A DNA stretch of 42,114 bases, the filler included, from an uncultured virus (IMG/VR IMGVR_UViG_2049941000_000086) (taxonomy: Duplodnaviria; Heunggongvirae; Uroviricota; Caudoviricetes). It is 12 parts of one record of this genome, joined end to end, with 100 filler letters (N's around TTAATTAATTAA, not from the genome) between each part and the next. Parts side by side here need not be neighbours in the genome. Positions count along the whole stretch, not along the records: positions 7,143 to 9,442 come from IMGVR_UViG_2049941000_000086; positions 9,543 to 18,306 come from IMGVR_UViG_2049941000_000086; positions 18,407 to 20,122 come from IMGVR_UViG_2049941000_000086; 9 more parts are not named here. One strand, 5' to 3'. Under the pieces are notes generated by a model that saw only the letters and a list, made by a program, of their open reading frames with translations, was not told the origin of the DNA and searched no databases. How positions within the stretch are numbered: the stretch's first letter is position 1; each line of letters starts with the position of its first letter. Shown here piece by piece: positions 8,247 to 18,631 of the stretch. The translations under genes were made by a program, and so were the position numbers.

Positions 8247-8566
8247 TGGAAGGATTCGTCGTTCCACCACACCAGGAGCTTCTTGTCGCCATAGGACAGG
8301 ATATCGCCCTCGTAGATACGCTTGCCGTTTTTGTCGCAGAGTCCCGTCCACTGACCGACAGTATCGGGGTCTACATCCGCCATGCGGTGATTGTTAGGCA
8401 AACTCCAATCAGTCATTTCCTCGTAGACGATGCGGTGGATTTGATTGCCCTCGCCCTCATTCTTGTCGGGGTCGCAGCAGTAGGTCGTATGGTGGAGGTG
8501 AATGTAGTAGCCCTCCTGCCACCGGCCATCGCCCAGCCTCTTTGCTCTGAACAGCACCTCACGCAT
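8247..8566 (-). CDS. YopX family protein (3' end in gap)
   Basis: MREVLFRAKR..W.EGYY..VDPDTVGQWTGLCDKNGKRIYEGDIL. Confidence 0.9.
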
Positions 8567-8913
8567 AGGTTTTCTCCCATACAGCTTCGGCATCCTCGCG
8601 GGTCAGGAACCACCGCTTACCGAAGTCGGCATCTAGGTACGCCATCACAATACCGGGAGAAGGCTCAACGCTGTACCCAACCGAAACATCGCCGTACATC
8701 CGAATGAGCGATACGCTAGACACCACAGCGGGATAGACAGAATCTCTGTTGGAAAAGAACCCGTTCCACAGGATATAGACAGTATCTCCAATTTTGCAGT
8801 GAAGCTTGAGCAGTCTCCCCCCACCGATGCTATGTCCCANNNNNNNNNNGTATCGTGACGTTCTCCTTAACGCCAAGCGGCTCGCTGTTCGTAAGTCGTT
8901 CCATAGTTCCTCC

Positions 8914-9228
8914 TTATTTGTAGTTGCGCATAGGGCTACCGCAGTTAGGGCAGAACTTTGTTCTTTCCTTCTGCTTGGCTTTACAATGGCTGCATCCCCA
9001 CTTGGAATAGGTTTGCCCCTTCCCTCCCGGAACGCACATTGTCTTGTACTTCCACTCAGCCGGTCTTGCGGGAATCACATCGGCTTCTGGTACTTTCGCC
9101 ACCAGGTCGTAGACTTCCTTGCGGGTATAGACCCAATGGCTTCCATCCGCGCATTCCTGCCGCCTGCCACCAGAGTCGATGCAGTCCAGATAGCGGATGA
9201 ACTCTTCCTTTGACATATAGCCGCTCAT
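8914..9228 (-). CDS. Hypothetical phage zinc-ribbon protein
   Basis: VPEADV...CSHC...FCPNCGSPM. Confidence 0.75.
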   Translation of the reverse strand: MSGYMSKEEFIRYLDCIDSGGRRQECADGSHWVYTRKEVYDLVAKVPEADVIPARPAEWKYKTMCVPGGKGQTYSKWGCSHCKAKQKERTKFCPNCGSPMRNYK

Positions 9229-9824
9229 TCCCCGAGCCTCCCATACGAACAGAAATCCTCCGGCTGAATCTCCGCCGCCTTAGTACCGTACCGTTTGTAG
9301 TGGAAGCAGCCGATATTCCCGGCGCTGTCCGAATGGCAATAGGTACAGTCCTTGCAAAGAACCACCTCAGAGGCATCCCTTGTCTTGACGGTATCCAGCG
9401 CCAGCAGGTAGTCCGCGACGATACGCTGCGCTCTTTTCATCCNNNNNNNNNNNNNNNNNNNNNNNNNNNNNNNNNNNNNNNNNNNNTTAATTAATTAANN
9501 NNNNNNNNNNNNNNNNNNNNNNNNNNNNNNNNNNNNNNNNNNTGACTTCCGCCATCAGCTTCTCCGCCAGTTCTGTGCTCAGGGTGTATTCCACACCGTT
9601 CAAAATAATCTTGTTTTCCATTTTTGCCTCCTCAACCAGTTCCAGTCCCCGAACATCCCAGTTGTAAATATTTCCTTCCAGCAGAACCCCACGCGGGCCA
9701 TCGAACCCCTTGACGATATAGGTATCGCCGACATACTTGGACATATTCGCAGCCCACCCACAGCAATAGTTTACAAGATTACTGCCGTCCAGAATTCGCA
9801 CCTTGTCTCCTACCTTGAGTGTTG

Positions 9825-10127
9825 TCACCATTCTGCACCTCCCGGATTTTCCGCCACGTCGAAGCTACGCCACACTTCCACTTGCTCCAATTGGGCGCGA
9901 ACCGCATCTGCCTTGCTGTCATCGAAATCGTCCCAGTAGCGGTGAAGAATCAAGGTGTCCAGCTTAGCATGAAGCTTCTCACGTTCCACATAGCACTCTC
10001 GGCACAAATCACCGGTGAAGTGAACCCATTGTGTAGGAGAGGAAGCATCGAACCATTCGGTATCCAGCTCCTTTGACTTGAAGGAGTTAATTTCCTTCTG
10101 GCACATATCACAATATGTTTTTACCAT
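9825..10127 (-). CDS. Hypothetical phage protein (CDMC...DLCREC)
   Basis: 100-aa ORF overlapping the stop of the upstream regulator. Confidence 0.7.
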   Translation of the reverse strand: MVKTYCDMCQKEINSFKSKELDTEWFDASSPTQWVHFTGDLCRECYVEREKLHAKLDTLILHRYWDDFDDSKADAVRAQLEQVEVWRSFDVAENPGGAEW

Positions 10128-11143
10128 CTTTCGTCCTCTACTTTGTACTCCTCGAAGAAATCGTCCCCGGTGAAAAGCTTCAGCTTGGTAAGAATCTCAA
10201 CCAGGCTCTTCTTGCCCAGGTTGCGGTAGGTAGTCAGCTTGTGCTCCTTCGCCGCTTTGCAGGCATCGTTCACAGTCCTTATCCCCGCCCGCCGAAGGCA
10301 GTTCCAGCTCCTTACCGAAAGGTCAAGTTCATCAATGGGTACGTCGTAATAGCTCCTCGGAACCTGAACCTTAATGGTCTCTGCTTCTTTGGGCATCAGA
10401 GCCGTCAGAGTGCCTATCTGAGCCATCTTAGCCCTAAGCTCGGATTCCATGTCGCTCACATACTTGAGCTTCATACGCAGCTCCTCAGCCGTCTTGGTGA
10501 GTTCCCGTTCCTGTTCCATCCCACTCAAGCCCAGCTCAATCAGCTTGCGCTTGACCGGGTGCCGAAGCCGCCGAACCCCCCTCGCAACAATCTGCCTTAC
10601 CCTTTCTCTGGTAACGCCGTCAGCGGAGGCAACTTCATCCAGCGTCATGCCATCCTCGTAGTACAGCCTCAGAAGCCTCTCGTCCCGAGCACCCAGGGAG
10701 CTTATCGCCTCCGCAAGCCCCGCTTCCTGGTCGCTGTTCAGTGCGAAGTCCCAAGGCTCTGTACCTTTGACATCATCCAGAAGGTTGTAGGGCCAGGGCG
10801 CTTCCACGTTGCAGGAAGTAATCCGAAGCTCCTTCCTCCCGCCGTTGAGGTATGCCTCGTACGGCGCTCTGCGGAGCATCATGAAGTACTCCGCGTAGTC
10901 CTGCTCAATCGCGTCATCGTCTATCCTGCCAATCAGGTAGTCCACCGGAACCGCAAAGAAGTCCGCAATCCGAACCAGAGGCTCCATGCTCGGGCTGCTC
11001 TTCCGCTGCAGATAGGAAACCAAGGTGGATGGGCTTATCCCGGTCGCCTTGGACAGCCTGCTTATCGACATGTTCGCCTGCTCCATCAGTCTGCGGAGCC
11101 GGTCTTCCCGCCATGTATAATTAACGTTTTCCATTTTCGACAC
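10121..11143 (-). CDS. XRE-HTH / sigma-70 region 4 / RNA polymerase alpha-CTD fusion transcription factor
   Basis: N-term RLRRLM..SISRLSKATGISPSTL..PSMEPLVRIADFFAVPVDYLIGR (XRE); middle LRLYYEDGMTLDEVA..GVTRERVRQIVARGVRRLRHP (sigma r4); C-term IDELDLSVRSWNCLRRAGIRTV..RNLGKKSLVEI (RpoA CTD). Confidence 0.9.
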   Translation of the reverse strand: MSKMENVNYTWREDRLRRLMEQANMSISRLSKATGISPSTLVSYLQRKSSPSMEPLVRIADFFAVPVDYLIGRIDDDAIEQDYAEYFMMLRRAPYEAYLNGGRKELRITSCNVEAPWPYNLLDDVKGTEPWDFALNSDQEAGLAEAISSLGARDERLLRLYYEDGMTLDEVASADGVTRERVRQIVARGVRRLRHPVKRKLIELGLSGMEQERELTKTAEELRMKLKYVSDMESELRAKMAQIGTLTALMPKEAETIKVQVPRSYYDVPIDELDLSVRSWNCLRRAGIRTVNDACKAAKEHKLTTYRNLGKKSLVEILTKLKLFTGDDFFEEYKVEDERW

Positions 11144-11185
11144 CTCTCCACGCCTTCCTTTGCTTGCCCCTGAAAATTTCGAACA

Positions 11186-11779
11186 TCAGGCCACCTCGAA
11201 ATCAATCGTGACGGTGTATTCCTTGTTGACCCCGAGCCAGCTCACCAGCTCGGAGCAAATGTCCGCCATGTTCCCAGTGAAGGTCAGGGAACCCTTCGTT
11301 GCCACAGCCTTCATGCGAGCCGCAGGAGCCACGGGAGCTTCGTGAACCACAGGAACCGAAGGAACCACAGCCATCTCCGTGCCGTACACGAACTTTTCCC
11401 ACGCACTCTGCGCTTCTTCCTTGCTCAGTTCACATCTTTCGGCACCCCATTTGATTCCATTTTGCTTGAAGTAGTGACACATAGAGGTCGCACGAACGCC
11501 GAACATATCGGCAAGTATAACCTGCTTCACGCCGAACCGCCGCTGAACGCCGTCAATGTACTCTTGCTGGATGTCCAGAGGCATCCCTTTGAAATCGCGC
11601 CAAGTCATCGGCACGCTGAGATTATAGGTTGTCACGTTACCGTTAAGCTCCTTTCTCTGTTTGGCAGTAAGGAAATCGGAGGGGAGCGTACATTTCTTGC
11701 TCTTGCTCCCCCTTTTTATGTGCTTTGCCCCACTTGCAATCCGCTTCTTTTGCAGGACATCGTAATCAAAATCATTCAT
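11186..11779 (-). CDS. Hypothetical phage protein
   Basis: 197-aa ORF with RBS and basic N-terminus. Confidence 0.75.
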   Translation of the reverse strand: MNDFDYDVLQKKRIASGAKHIKRGSKSKKCTLPSDFLTAKQRKELNGNVTTYNLSVPMTWRDFKGMPLDIQQEYIDGVQRRFGVKQVILADMFGVRATSMCHYFKQNGIKWGAERCELSKEEAQSAWEKFVYGTEMAVVPSVPVVHEAPVAPAARMKAVATKGSLTFTGNMADICSELVSWLGVNKEYTVTIDFEVA

Positions 11780-11889
11780 GCCACATCACTGCCTCACGCA
11801 ATGCTCCATTTGAGCCATCCGCTGTCGGTGTTGTCCACGTATTCCCGCCCCAGTTCAAGGCTCATCCCCCGCTCATTCANNNNNNNNNN

Positions 11890-12604
11890 AGGACAAACCC
11901 GGAGCCGGAAATCTCGCTTCGCTTATAAGTCGCAACGTTCAGCAGGTGCTTGTATTCCTCGAAGTTGCAGTAAGGCTCTGAGGTCATGACGTTCTTCAGT
12001 GCCTCGGCAATCCCCTCACCGTTCAGCAGCCGCTTGGCAATCGCAACCTGAATCTGGCAGGCATGAATGGAATACTCGTGTCCGTGCGTCAGGGCGCTCA
12101 CAGCGGCAATTTCGTCCAGGGTACAAGGGACAAAGGCCAGAGGCAAAATGCGCATCAGAGAGCCGTTCCCGTTGTTGTTGAAGTCCGTAANNNNNNNNNN
12201 AAAATGCGCATCAGAGAGCCGTTCCCGTTGTTGTTGAAGTCCGTAAGACCGCACTCAGTCACATCCATGCCGCTGAGGAATCTGGAAATCCCTTTGGCAG
12301 TCCCGCCGCCAACATCGAAGGAATATCCGAAGGGAGTGTAGTCCCCGCCCCGGAACCACATGGCGAAACACAACATCATGTCATCCAGGTCAATACCACC
12401 ACAGGCGGTGATAGAGTCCATCGTTGCGAGCGTCATTGAGGTGTCATCGCTCCAAGAACCGGCAGGCATACCGTTTCCCGCGACCATCTTGTTCTTCACC
12501 TTGAATGTCCCCCGCTCATGGAACTGGTACGGAAAACCAAAAGCGTCGCCGACAGCAACGCCCATGAAACAGTCGTAAACTTTGCTCTTATTGCTCATCT
12601 GCAT
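11890..12604 (-). CDS. ADP-ribosylglycohydrolase (DraG/ARH family), interrupted by an assembly gap, 3' end missing
   Basis: GVAVGDAFG, WSDDTSMTL, FDVGGGT, NGNGSLMRILP and SALTH motifs; the sequence flanking the 12191-12200 gap is duplicated. Confidence 0.9.
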
Positions 12605-12788
12605 CCTCACTTCCTTCGACCTCAGCCGCCACCTGCGGCTCGAAAATCGTAATCCCCCGAATCTTNNNNNNNNNNTACCGCGCCACAGGTACTCGGCAAC
12701 GCATTCAGCTTCGTCTTCAGTGACGAACGACATTGCCACATCTCCATCGTTGCAGAAGAATACAACGTATTTGGTGTTTTCCATTTCC

Positions 12789-13253
12789 TTACGCTCCCTT
12801 CTTATGACGCGTTCTCTGGAACTCTTCCTCATGCTTCTGAAGAATCACCGCATCCCACCAGTTCTTCGAGGACTCGAACGCTTTGTGGAGGTCATCAGCG
12901 GTCATCGGGTAAAGCCGTCCCAACACATCGTCGAAAATCACATACCGGCCAGCGTTCCAGTTCTCAGCCGCTTCATCGGGGTCGTAAGCGAAATTGCCCT
13001 CCATCCCACAGACGTTGCACTTGCAGCGGAACCGCCCGTTCCTCTCATTGTGCTCCATCAGCACTTCGTCCTCGTCGCCGCAGCCAGGGCAGTGAGCGTA
13101 CTCGGCTTCATACTGGTACTCCTCGTAATCATCGTGTTCTTCCTGAGCATCCTCGTATTCGTATTCGGCATCCAGGTCGTATCCGAAATCAGGGTCACGC
13201 TCAATAAAGTTCATCATTTTTCTGCCCTCCATTTGAATTTGTCCCTCAATCAA
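12789..13253 (-). CDS. Lar (restriction alleviation)-like zinc-finger protein with acidic N-terminus
   Basis: HCPGCG...CNVCG...EAAENWN pattern. Confidence 0.55.
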   Translation of the reverse strand: MIEGQIQMEGRKMMNFIERDPDFGYDLDAEYEYEDAQEEHDDYEEYQYEAEYAHCPGCGDEDEVLMEHNERNGRFRCKCNVCGMEGNFAYDPDEAAENWNAGRYVIFDDVLGRLYPMTADDLHKAFESSKNWWDAVILQKHEEEFQRTRHKKGA

Positions 13254-13291
13254 CTTACACCCCTAATATACAGCATTTCTTNNNNNNNNNN

Positions 13292-13478
13292 AATTGGCAA
13301 GGTCTATGAGAGTATCGCGGATAGACTCATCCTTCACCTGTCCCTCGGTGCGGATAAGGGTCTCAAAGCGGTTGAGCTTGTCTTCGAGCCTAATAGCCGC
13401 CATGGGAAGTCCCCATTTGAGATAGGTATTGTGATAGGAGTCCCCGTAGTCGTGGTTCTTGCGCTCGTACAGAGCGTT
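13292..13478 (-). CDS. DUF1599 / nucleotide-modification-associated domain protein (partial)
   Basis: LYERKNHDYGDSY...IRLEDKLNRF...DESIRDTLIDLAN. Confidence 0.88.
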
Positions 13479-14365
13479 NNNNNNNNNNNNNNNNNNNNNN
13501 NNNNNNNNNNNNNNNNNNNNNNNNNNNNNNNNNNNNNNNNNNNNNNNNNNNNNNNNNNNNNNNNNNNNNNNNNNNNNNNNNNNNNNNNNNNNNNNNNNNN
13601 NNNNNNNNNNNNNNNNNNNNNNNNNNNNNNNNNNNNNNNNNNNNNNNNNNNNNNNNNNNNNNNNNNNNNNNNNNNNNNNNNNNNNNNNNNNNNNNNNNNN
13701 NNNNNNNNNNNNNNNNNNNNNNNNNNNNNNNNNNNNNNNNNNNNNNNNNNNNNNNNNNNNNNNNNNNNNNNNNNNNNNNNNNNNNNNNNNNNNNNNNNNN
13801 NNNNNNNNNNNNNNNNNNNNNNNNNNNNNNNNNNNNNNNNNNNNNNNNNNNNNNNNNNNNNNNNNNNNNNNNNNNNNNNNNNNNNNNNNNNNNNNNNNNN
13901 NNNNNNNNNNNNNNNNNNNNNNNNNNNNNNNNNNNNNNNNNNNNNNNNNNNNNNNNNNNNNNNNNNNNNNNNNNNNNNNNNNNNNNNNNNNNNNNNNNNN
14001 NNNNNNNNNNNNNNNNNNNNNNNNNNNNNNNNNNNNNNNNNNNNNNNNNNNNNNNNNNNNNNNNNNNNNNNNNNNNNNNNNNNNNNNNNNNNNNNNNNNN
14101 NNNNNNNNNNNNNNNNNNNNNNNNNNNNNNNNNNNNNNNNNNNNNNNNNNNNNNNNNNNNNNNNNNNNNNNNNNNNNNNNNNNNNNNNNNNNNNNNNNNN
14201 NNNNNNNNNNNNNNNNNNNNNNNNNNNNNNNNNNNNNNNNNNNNNNNNNNNNNNNNNNNNNNNNNNNNNNNNNNNNNNNNNNNNNNNNNNNNTCGCCAAC
14301 CAGCTTGAATCGGAATACGTGGTCGTACCGCTGTACCCCGGTCACAGCCGCGCATACATAATCGT

Positions 14366-14740
14366 TCATGCTGCCTTCACCCTCCCCAGGAAGTTCCCGC
14401 TCGCATTGAGGAACACATACCACTCGTTCCCGTCCACGTGCTCAACGCCCCATTTGTACCCGCCAATCTTCTCCCACAGCTCATTCGTGTCGGAGGGGTT
14501 GAGGCGCTGGGTGCAGTCGCCATACGTCCCGTCCTCAACCTCGGCCTTCATGTCGCGGAGGAGCATCCGAGTCTCCGGCATCATGAATTCTTTGGTGAAC
14601 TCTTCAACGGCGCTCACAGCAGAGTGGGCATACACCGTCATATCCATCGACATCCGCCAGCCATCGTCAAGCAGGACAGCCTCCCCATCCTGCTTGTCCT
14701 CCCATGCATCGTACTCTTTGAAGCTCTTGAACTTAACCAT
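14366..14740 (-). CDS. Hypothetical acidic protein
   Basis: 124-aa ORF with AGGAGG RBS. Confidence 0.7.
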   Translation of the reverse strand: MVKFKSFKEYDAWEDKQDGEAVLLDDGWRMSMDMTVYAHSAVSAVEEFTKEFMMPETRMLLRDMKAEVEDGTYGDCTQRLNPSDTNELWEKIGGYKWGVEHVDGNEWYVFLNASGNFLGRVKAA

Positions 14741-14940
14741 TGTCTGTCCTCCTTAATACCACCGGTGCTCGTCCGGGCCATTGAACTCGTCATCAAACAG
14801 GTCTGCCGCCAGTTCATGAGAGCCAAGTTCTTCCCACTCGGTCAGTGTTCCATCTTTGTACACAAGGGAAACCTCAGGAACGGCAATCACCTGGCAGGTC
14901 GCCCGTTCTCTTTTCGNNNNNNNNNNAGCACTACAGTACT

Positions 14941-15586
14941 TCAGCTTTCGGATTTGGCATCTGATTCTTCATTGATTCTTTGTGTCAGGACTATCCATTG
15001 GTCTTCTTTCATTGGTGTTCCACCATTGTTTGTAGTTGTTCTTGCGTAAGTCATGTAGTCTGCGTGAAGTTTACGCTTTTCATAGATAGCCGCATCACGG
15101 TCAATCTTTGGCTTGATAATGCGAAGCGCAATCAACACCTGTGGGTCACAGTCATCATCAACCCACTCTCCATACTGGGAATAGTTCAGCACTGCCTTCA
15201 TCAGTTTGCCATACATCTCGTCAGTAAGGTAGTCTNNNNNNNNNNNNNNNNNNNNNNNNNNNNNNNNNNNNNNNNNNNNNNNNNNNNNNNNNNNNNNNNN
15301 NNNNNNNNNNNNNNNNNNNNNNNNNNNNNNNNNNNNNNNNNNNNNNNNNNNNNNNNNNNNNNNNNNNNNNNNNNNNNNNNNNNNNNNNNNNNNNNNNNNN
15401 NNNNNNNNNNNNNNNNNNNNNNNNNNNNNNNNNNNNNNNNNNNNNNNNNNNNNNNNNNNNNNNNNNNNNNNNNNNNNNNNNNNNNNNNNNNNNNNNNNNN
15501 NNNNNNNNNNNNNNNNNNNNNNNNNNNNNNNNNNNNNNNNNNNNNNNNNNNNNNNNNNNNNNNNNNNNNNNNNNNNNNNNAGCCAT
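14941..15586 (-). CDS. DUF6291-type phage replication (replisome organiser-like) protein, spanning a gap
   Basis: LTDEMYGKLMKAVLNYSQYGE...IIKPKIDRDAAIYEKR; probable start ATG at 15586 after a GGAGG RBS. Confidence 0.65.
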
Positions 15587-15598
15587 ATTATCCTCCTA

Positions 15599-15640
15599 AT
15601 AAAAAAGTCCGGCCTCCGCGTTGTAGCAGAAGCCGGACTT
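15599..15640 (-). terminator. Intrinsic terminator-like hairpin directly upstream of the DUF6291 gene RBS
   Basis: Minus strand AAGTCCGGC...GCCGGACTTTTTTATT. Confidence 0.6.
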
Positions 15641-15978
15641 GGGTTTGTATTTATGCCGCCCGATGTTCGGAGCAAAGGACGGCATGGGCTAGGTTTCCCT
15701 TCGCCCNNNNNNNNNNCCTTGACTATATCTTGACCTTCCTTGGTCTTCATGTAGCGAAGGACAGCCTCCGCATTTGGGAAAGCATCCTTGTAGGATTTGC
15801 GGATTTCCTCTTCGACAATCTTGATGTAGTCCTCATAAGGGATAATCTTAGCCATCGTTTCCACCTCCAATCACCGCATCTCGCTTGCTCATTGTCGATG
15901 CTTATATTATAGCCGACAACTGAGCGCTATTCAAGCAAACGGAGGATGTTCCGGCCCCCATAAGGAGGCCGGATGACT

Positions 15979-16363
15979 TCACGCTCCCAGCATCAGTCTG
16001 TGGTTGACTGGCTCCGAGAGGTAGAACTGGCTGTCTGCCATCACCGCCCGGTAGTCCTTCTCGCCCGAACCATCAGTACCGTCACCGTGGAAGGAGTCCA
16101 CAACTTCCTTTTCCTTGACATCCAGGTTGGAGTAGTCCGCCTTGCCATAGGAAGGAGGAAGCCAGCCCTTCTTGCGGGAGGCGTAAATGTTCAGCCTGTC
16201 CACAATGGGCATCGCGTCAGGATGGAACTTAATGTGAACGGTTCCCTTCTTGTAAATGTCCACATCGAAATACTTGAGGTCAATGTTCCGGGTCTTATTG
16301 GCATCCAACGCCCTACGGAGTCTCGCTTCAAGGTTGTAGCCATCACTCACAGGCTTGGCATCA
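15979..16363 (-). CDS. DUF4942 C-terminal fragment of the DNA methyltransferase at 18407-19727
   Basis: IDLKYFDVDIYKKGTVHIKF...DRLNIYASRKKGWLPPSYG. Confidence 0.8.
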
Positions 16364-16486
16364 ANNNNNNNNNNGGTGTGCCATCCCCTCCCGGCACATC
16401 TAGAAAGGAGCGTTCCGGCAAAAGCACGAGAAAAACCGGAACGTGGTGGAGAGTAATCGGTCATGCCCGACTGCCCCCCATTCTAT

Positions 16487-17507
16487 TTACACGGTCATGA
16501 AGTTACCTTCATCGAAAAGGCTCGTTCCGCCGTCTTCTTGCTGTTTCTTCTTTCCGCTGACCTTGATACCGTATTCAAGTTCAACCCTTGTGTCTTCGAT
16601 TCTCTTTTCCGCCATTGCAACGTACTCAGGGTTCAGCTCCGTTCCGACGTAGTTCCTACCCAATTTCACGCACACAACTCCTGTTGTGCCTGCTCCGTTG
16701 AATGGGTCTAGCACCGTATCGCCTTCCCGGCTTCCTGCAAGGATACAGGGCTTTATCAGTTCCTCCGGGAATGTGGCAAAGTGCGCTCCGCTGTAAGGTA
16801 TTGTAGCGATACTCCAAACGTCACGCTTGTTTCGCATCTCGTATTGGTTAGTGGTAAGACCAGCCATCCGCGTTCTACCGGGTGTGTTATTCAGCTTTGT
16901 CGTATCTCGGTCGCGGATTGTATTGTCATAGGTCACGGTTGGCTCCTGAACCGCCTTGTAGTCGTAGTAGTATTTCGGCTTCTTGCTGAGAAGAAAGATA
17001 TACTCATGGCTACGGGTACATCTATCCGTAACGCTTTCTGGCAGACAGTTCCGCTTGCTCCAAATTATGTCCTGACGCAGATACCACCCGTCTTCCCTTA
17101 AAGCAAATGCCAACATCCACGGAATTCCGATAAGGTCTTTCTGTTTTATCCCATTCCAAGGCTTTTTATCCGGTCTTTTTCCTGCTTCACGCTGGTTGGA
17201 CTTCCCTCCTTTGAGCGTACTCTTGTTGTTTCCTTCGCTTCCGGTTTTGCTCCCGCAATAGCTGTCCCCAATATTCAGCCAAAGAGTACCATCATCTTTC
17301 AGCACCNNNNNNNNNNTCTCTGAACACAGCCACAAGGCTCTCGATGTACTCTCGTGGGGTCTTCTCCAGACCAATTTCGCTTTCACCGCCTCCATAGTTC
17401 CTCAACGCATAATAAGGAGGACTCGTCACGCACATCTGCACGGACTTGTCAGGCAGTTCCTTCAGTTTTTCCCGTGCGTCTCCGCATAGTATTGTTGTCT
17501 GAACCAT
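16487..17507 (-). CDS. Site-specific DNA methyltransferase (N4-C/N6-A, beta-class motif order), spanning a 10-N gap
   Basis: CVTSPPYY catalytic motif, VLKDDGTLWLNIGDSY, HFATFPEELIKPCILAGS, DPFNGAGTT SAM-binding motif. Confidence 0.93.
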
Positions 17508-17849
17508 CTTTGACTTTCTCAGCCTCCGGTCATATTGGACATGGCTTGCTTCGCTTTCTCCGCATACTTCCTCCGCGCTTCCGGAGAACTGCTCGGATAC
17601 GAACGCTTCTTAACCCGAATCTCTTNNNNNNNNNNTATTCACGGTTCTTGGCGAGAATCTTTTCCTTCTCCCGCTCGTAGTACACCTTATAGCCATCCCG
17701 CTTCTTCCGCTGCCGGTCAGTCATGTGCTCCCGCTCTATCGAACGGTCTATCGCCCTCGCAAGGTCGTATTCTTCCTTGGTGAGCGGGGCATCCTCGCAC
17801 TCCCTGTCGAACGCTTCAAGCTCGCGGAGTTCTTCTTTGGTAAGTCCCT

Positions 17850-18306
17850 TCAATCCAACCCCCGGTTCTTCTTCTGCTTCTCGACATCAGAGAGTATCTT
17901 CGCCCTCTCGTCCGCCATCATCGAATCCCACTCGCCTACGTATTCATACGTACAATCCCTGTCGTGCATCGCCCGAACATATCCTCTCAGGGTGTGGAAA
18001 TCCCTTTGGTAGCAGTGGAAGGAATTCGCCGTATAGAGCATCCCACCTACTCCGCATCCAACAGCCTCAGCCATCTCCTTCTGAATCATCGCCAGTCCAA
18101 ACATATTCATGAACGTCGCCTTCACCGCGTCGTTTGAGCGGAATAGTACGAACATATCCAACGCATCGTTGCGAACGACGAACTGTAGGTGTTGCAGACA
18201 GGGCGCATCAGGCAGGTCATAGTCACTTGGCAACCTTATTGTCACAGCCGCCCTACGTGAATCCTTGCTCCGCTTCAGCTCCTCCACCGCCTTCGGCATC
18301 TGACCC
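17850..18306 (-). CDS. Thymidylate synthase-like protein (ThyA / dUMP hydroxymethylase fold), 5' truncated
   Basis: DSRRA, PCLQHLQF, FRSNDAVKATFMN and SFHCY motifs. Confidence 0.85.
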
Positions 18307-18406
18307 NNNNNNNNNNNNNNNNNNNNNNNNNNNNNNNNNNNNNNNNNNNNTTAATTAATTAANNNNNNNNNNNNNNNNNNNNNNNNNNNNNNNNNNNNNN
18401 NNNNNN

Positions 18407-18555
18407 ATCAGGTCGCCCTTCCCCGCAGAAGGTTCCAGCACTGAGCCAATCATCCTGTAGTCAATGCCCTCAAGCATCTTCTCAATGAGGGAATCAGGGG
18501 TGGGGTAGAATTCGTCCTTGCCTTCCGTGACGGTCAGCTCGGTTGTCTTAGCCAT
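18407..18555 (-). CDS. N-terminal fragment of a DUF4942-type N6-adenine DNA methyltransferase
   Basis: EFYPTPDSLIEKML...VLEPSAGKGDL (motifs X and I). Confidence 0.85.
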
Positions 18556-18631
18556 CGTCTTCCCTCCATTCCACAGGGTTGTATCGCGGGTCGAACACAT
18601 ACGTTCTGAAAGCATCATCAGNNNNNNNNNN

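Noticed and set aside
12142..12250. Tandem duplication or frameshift in the ADP-ribosylglycohydrolase
   Set aside because: The identical sequence flanks a 10-N gap, i.e. an unmerged contig overlap
10115..14756. Long plus-strand ORFs (10115-11173, 11342-11989, 12582-14756) and similar antisense ORFs such as 38735-39763
   Set aside because: They are shadows of well-supported genes on the opposite strand or are inflated by N runs
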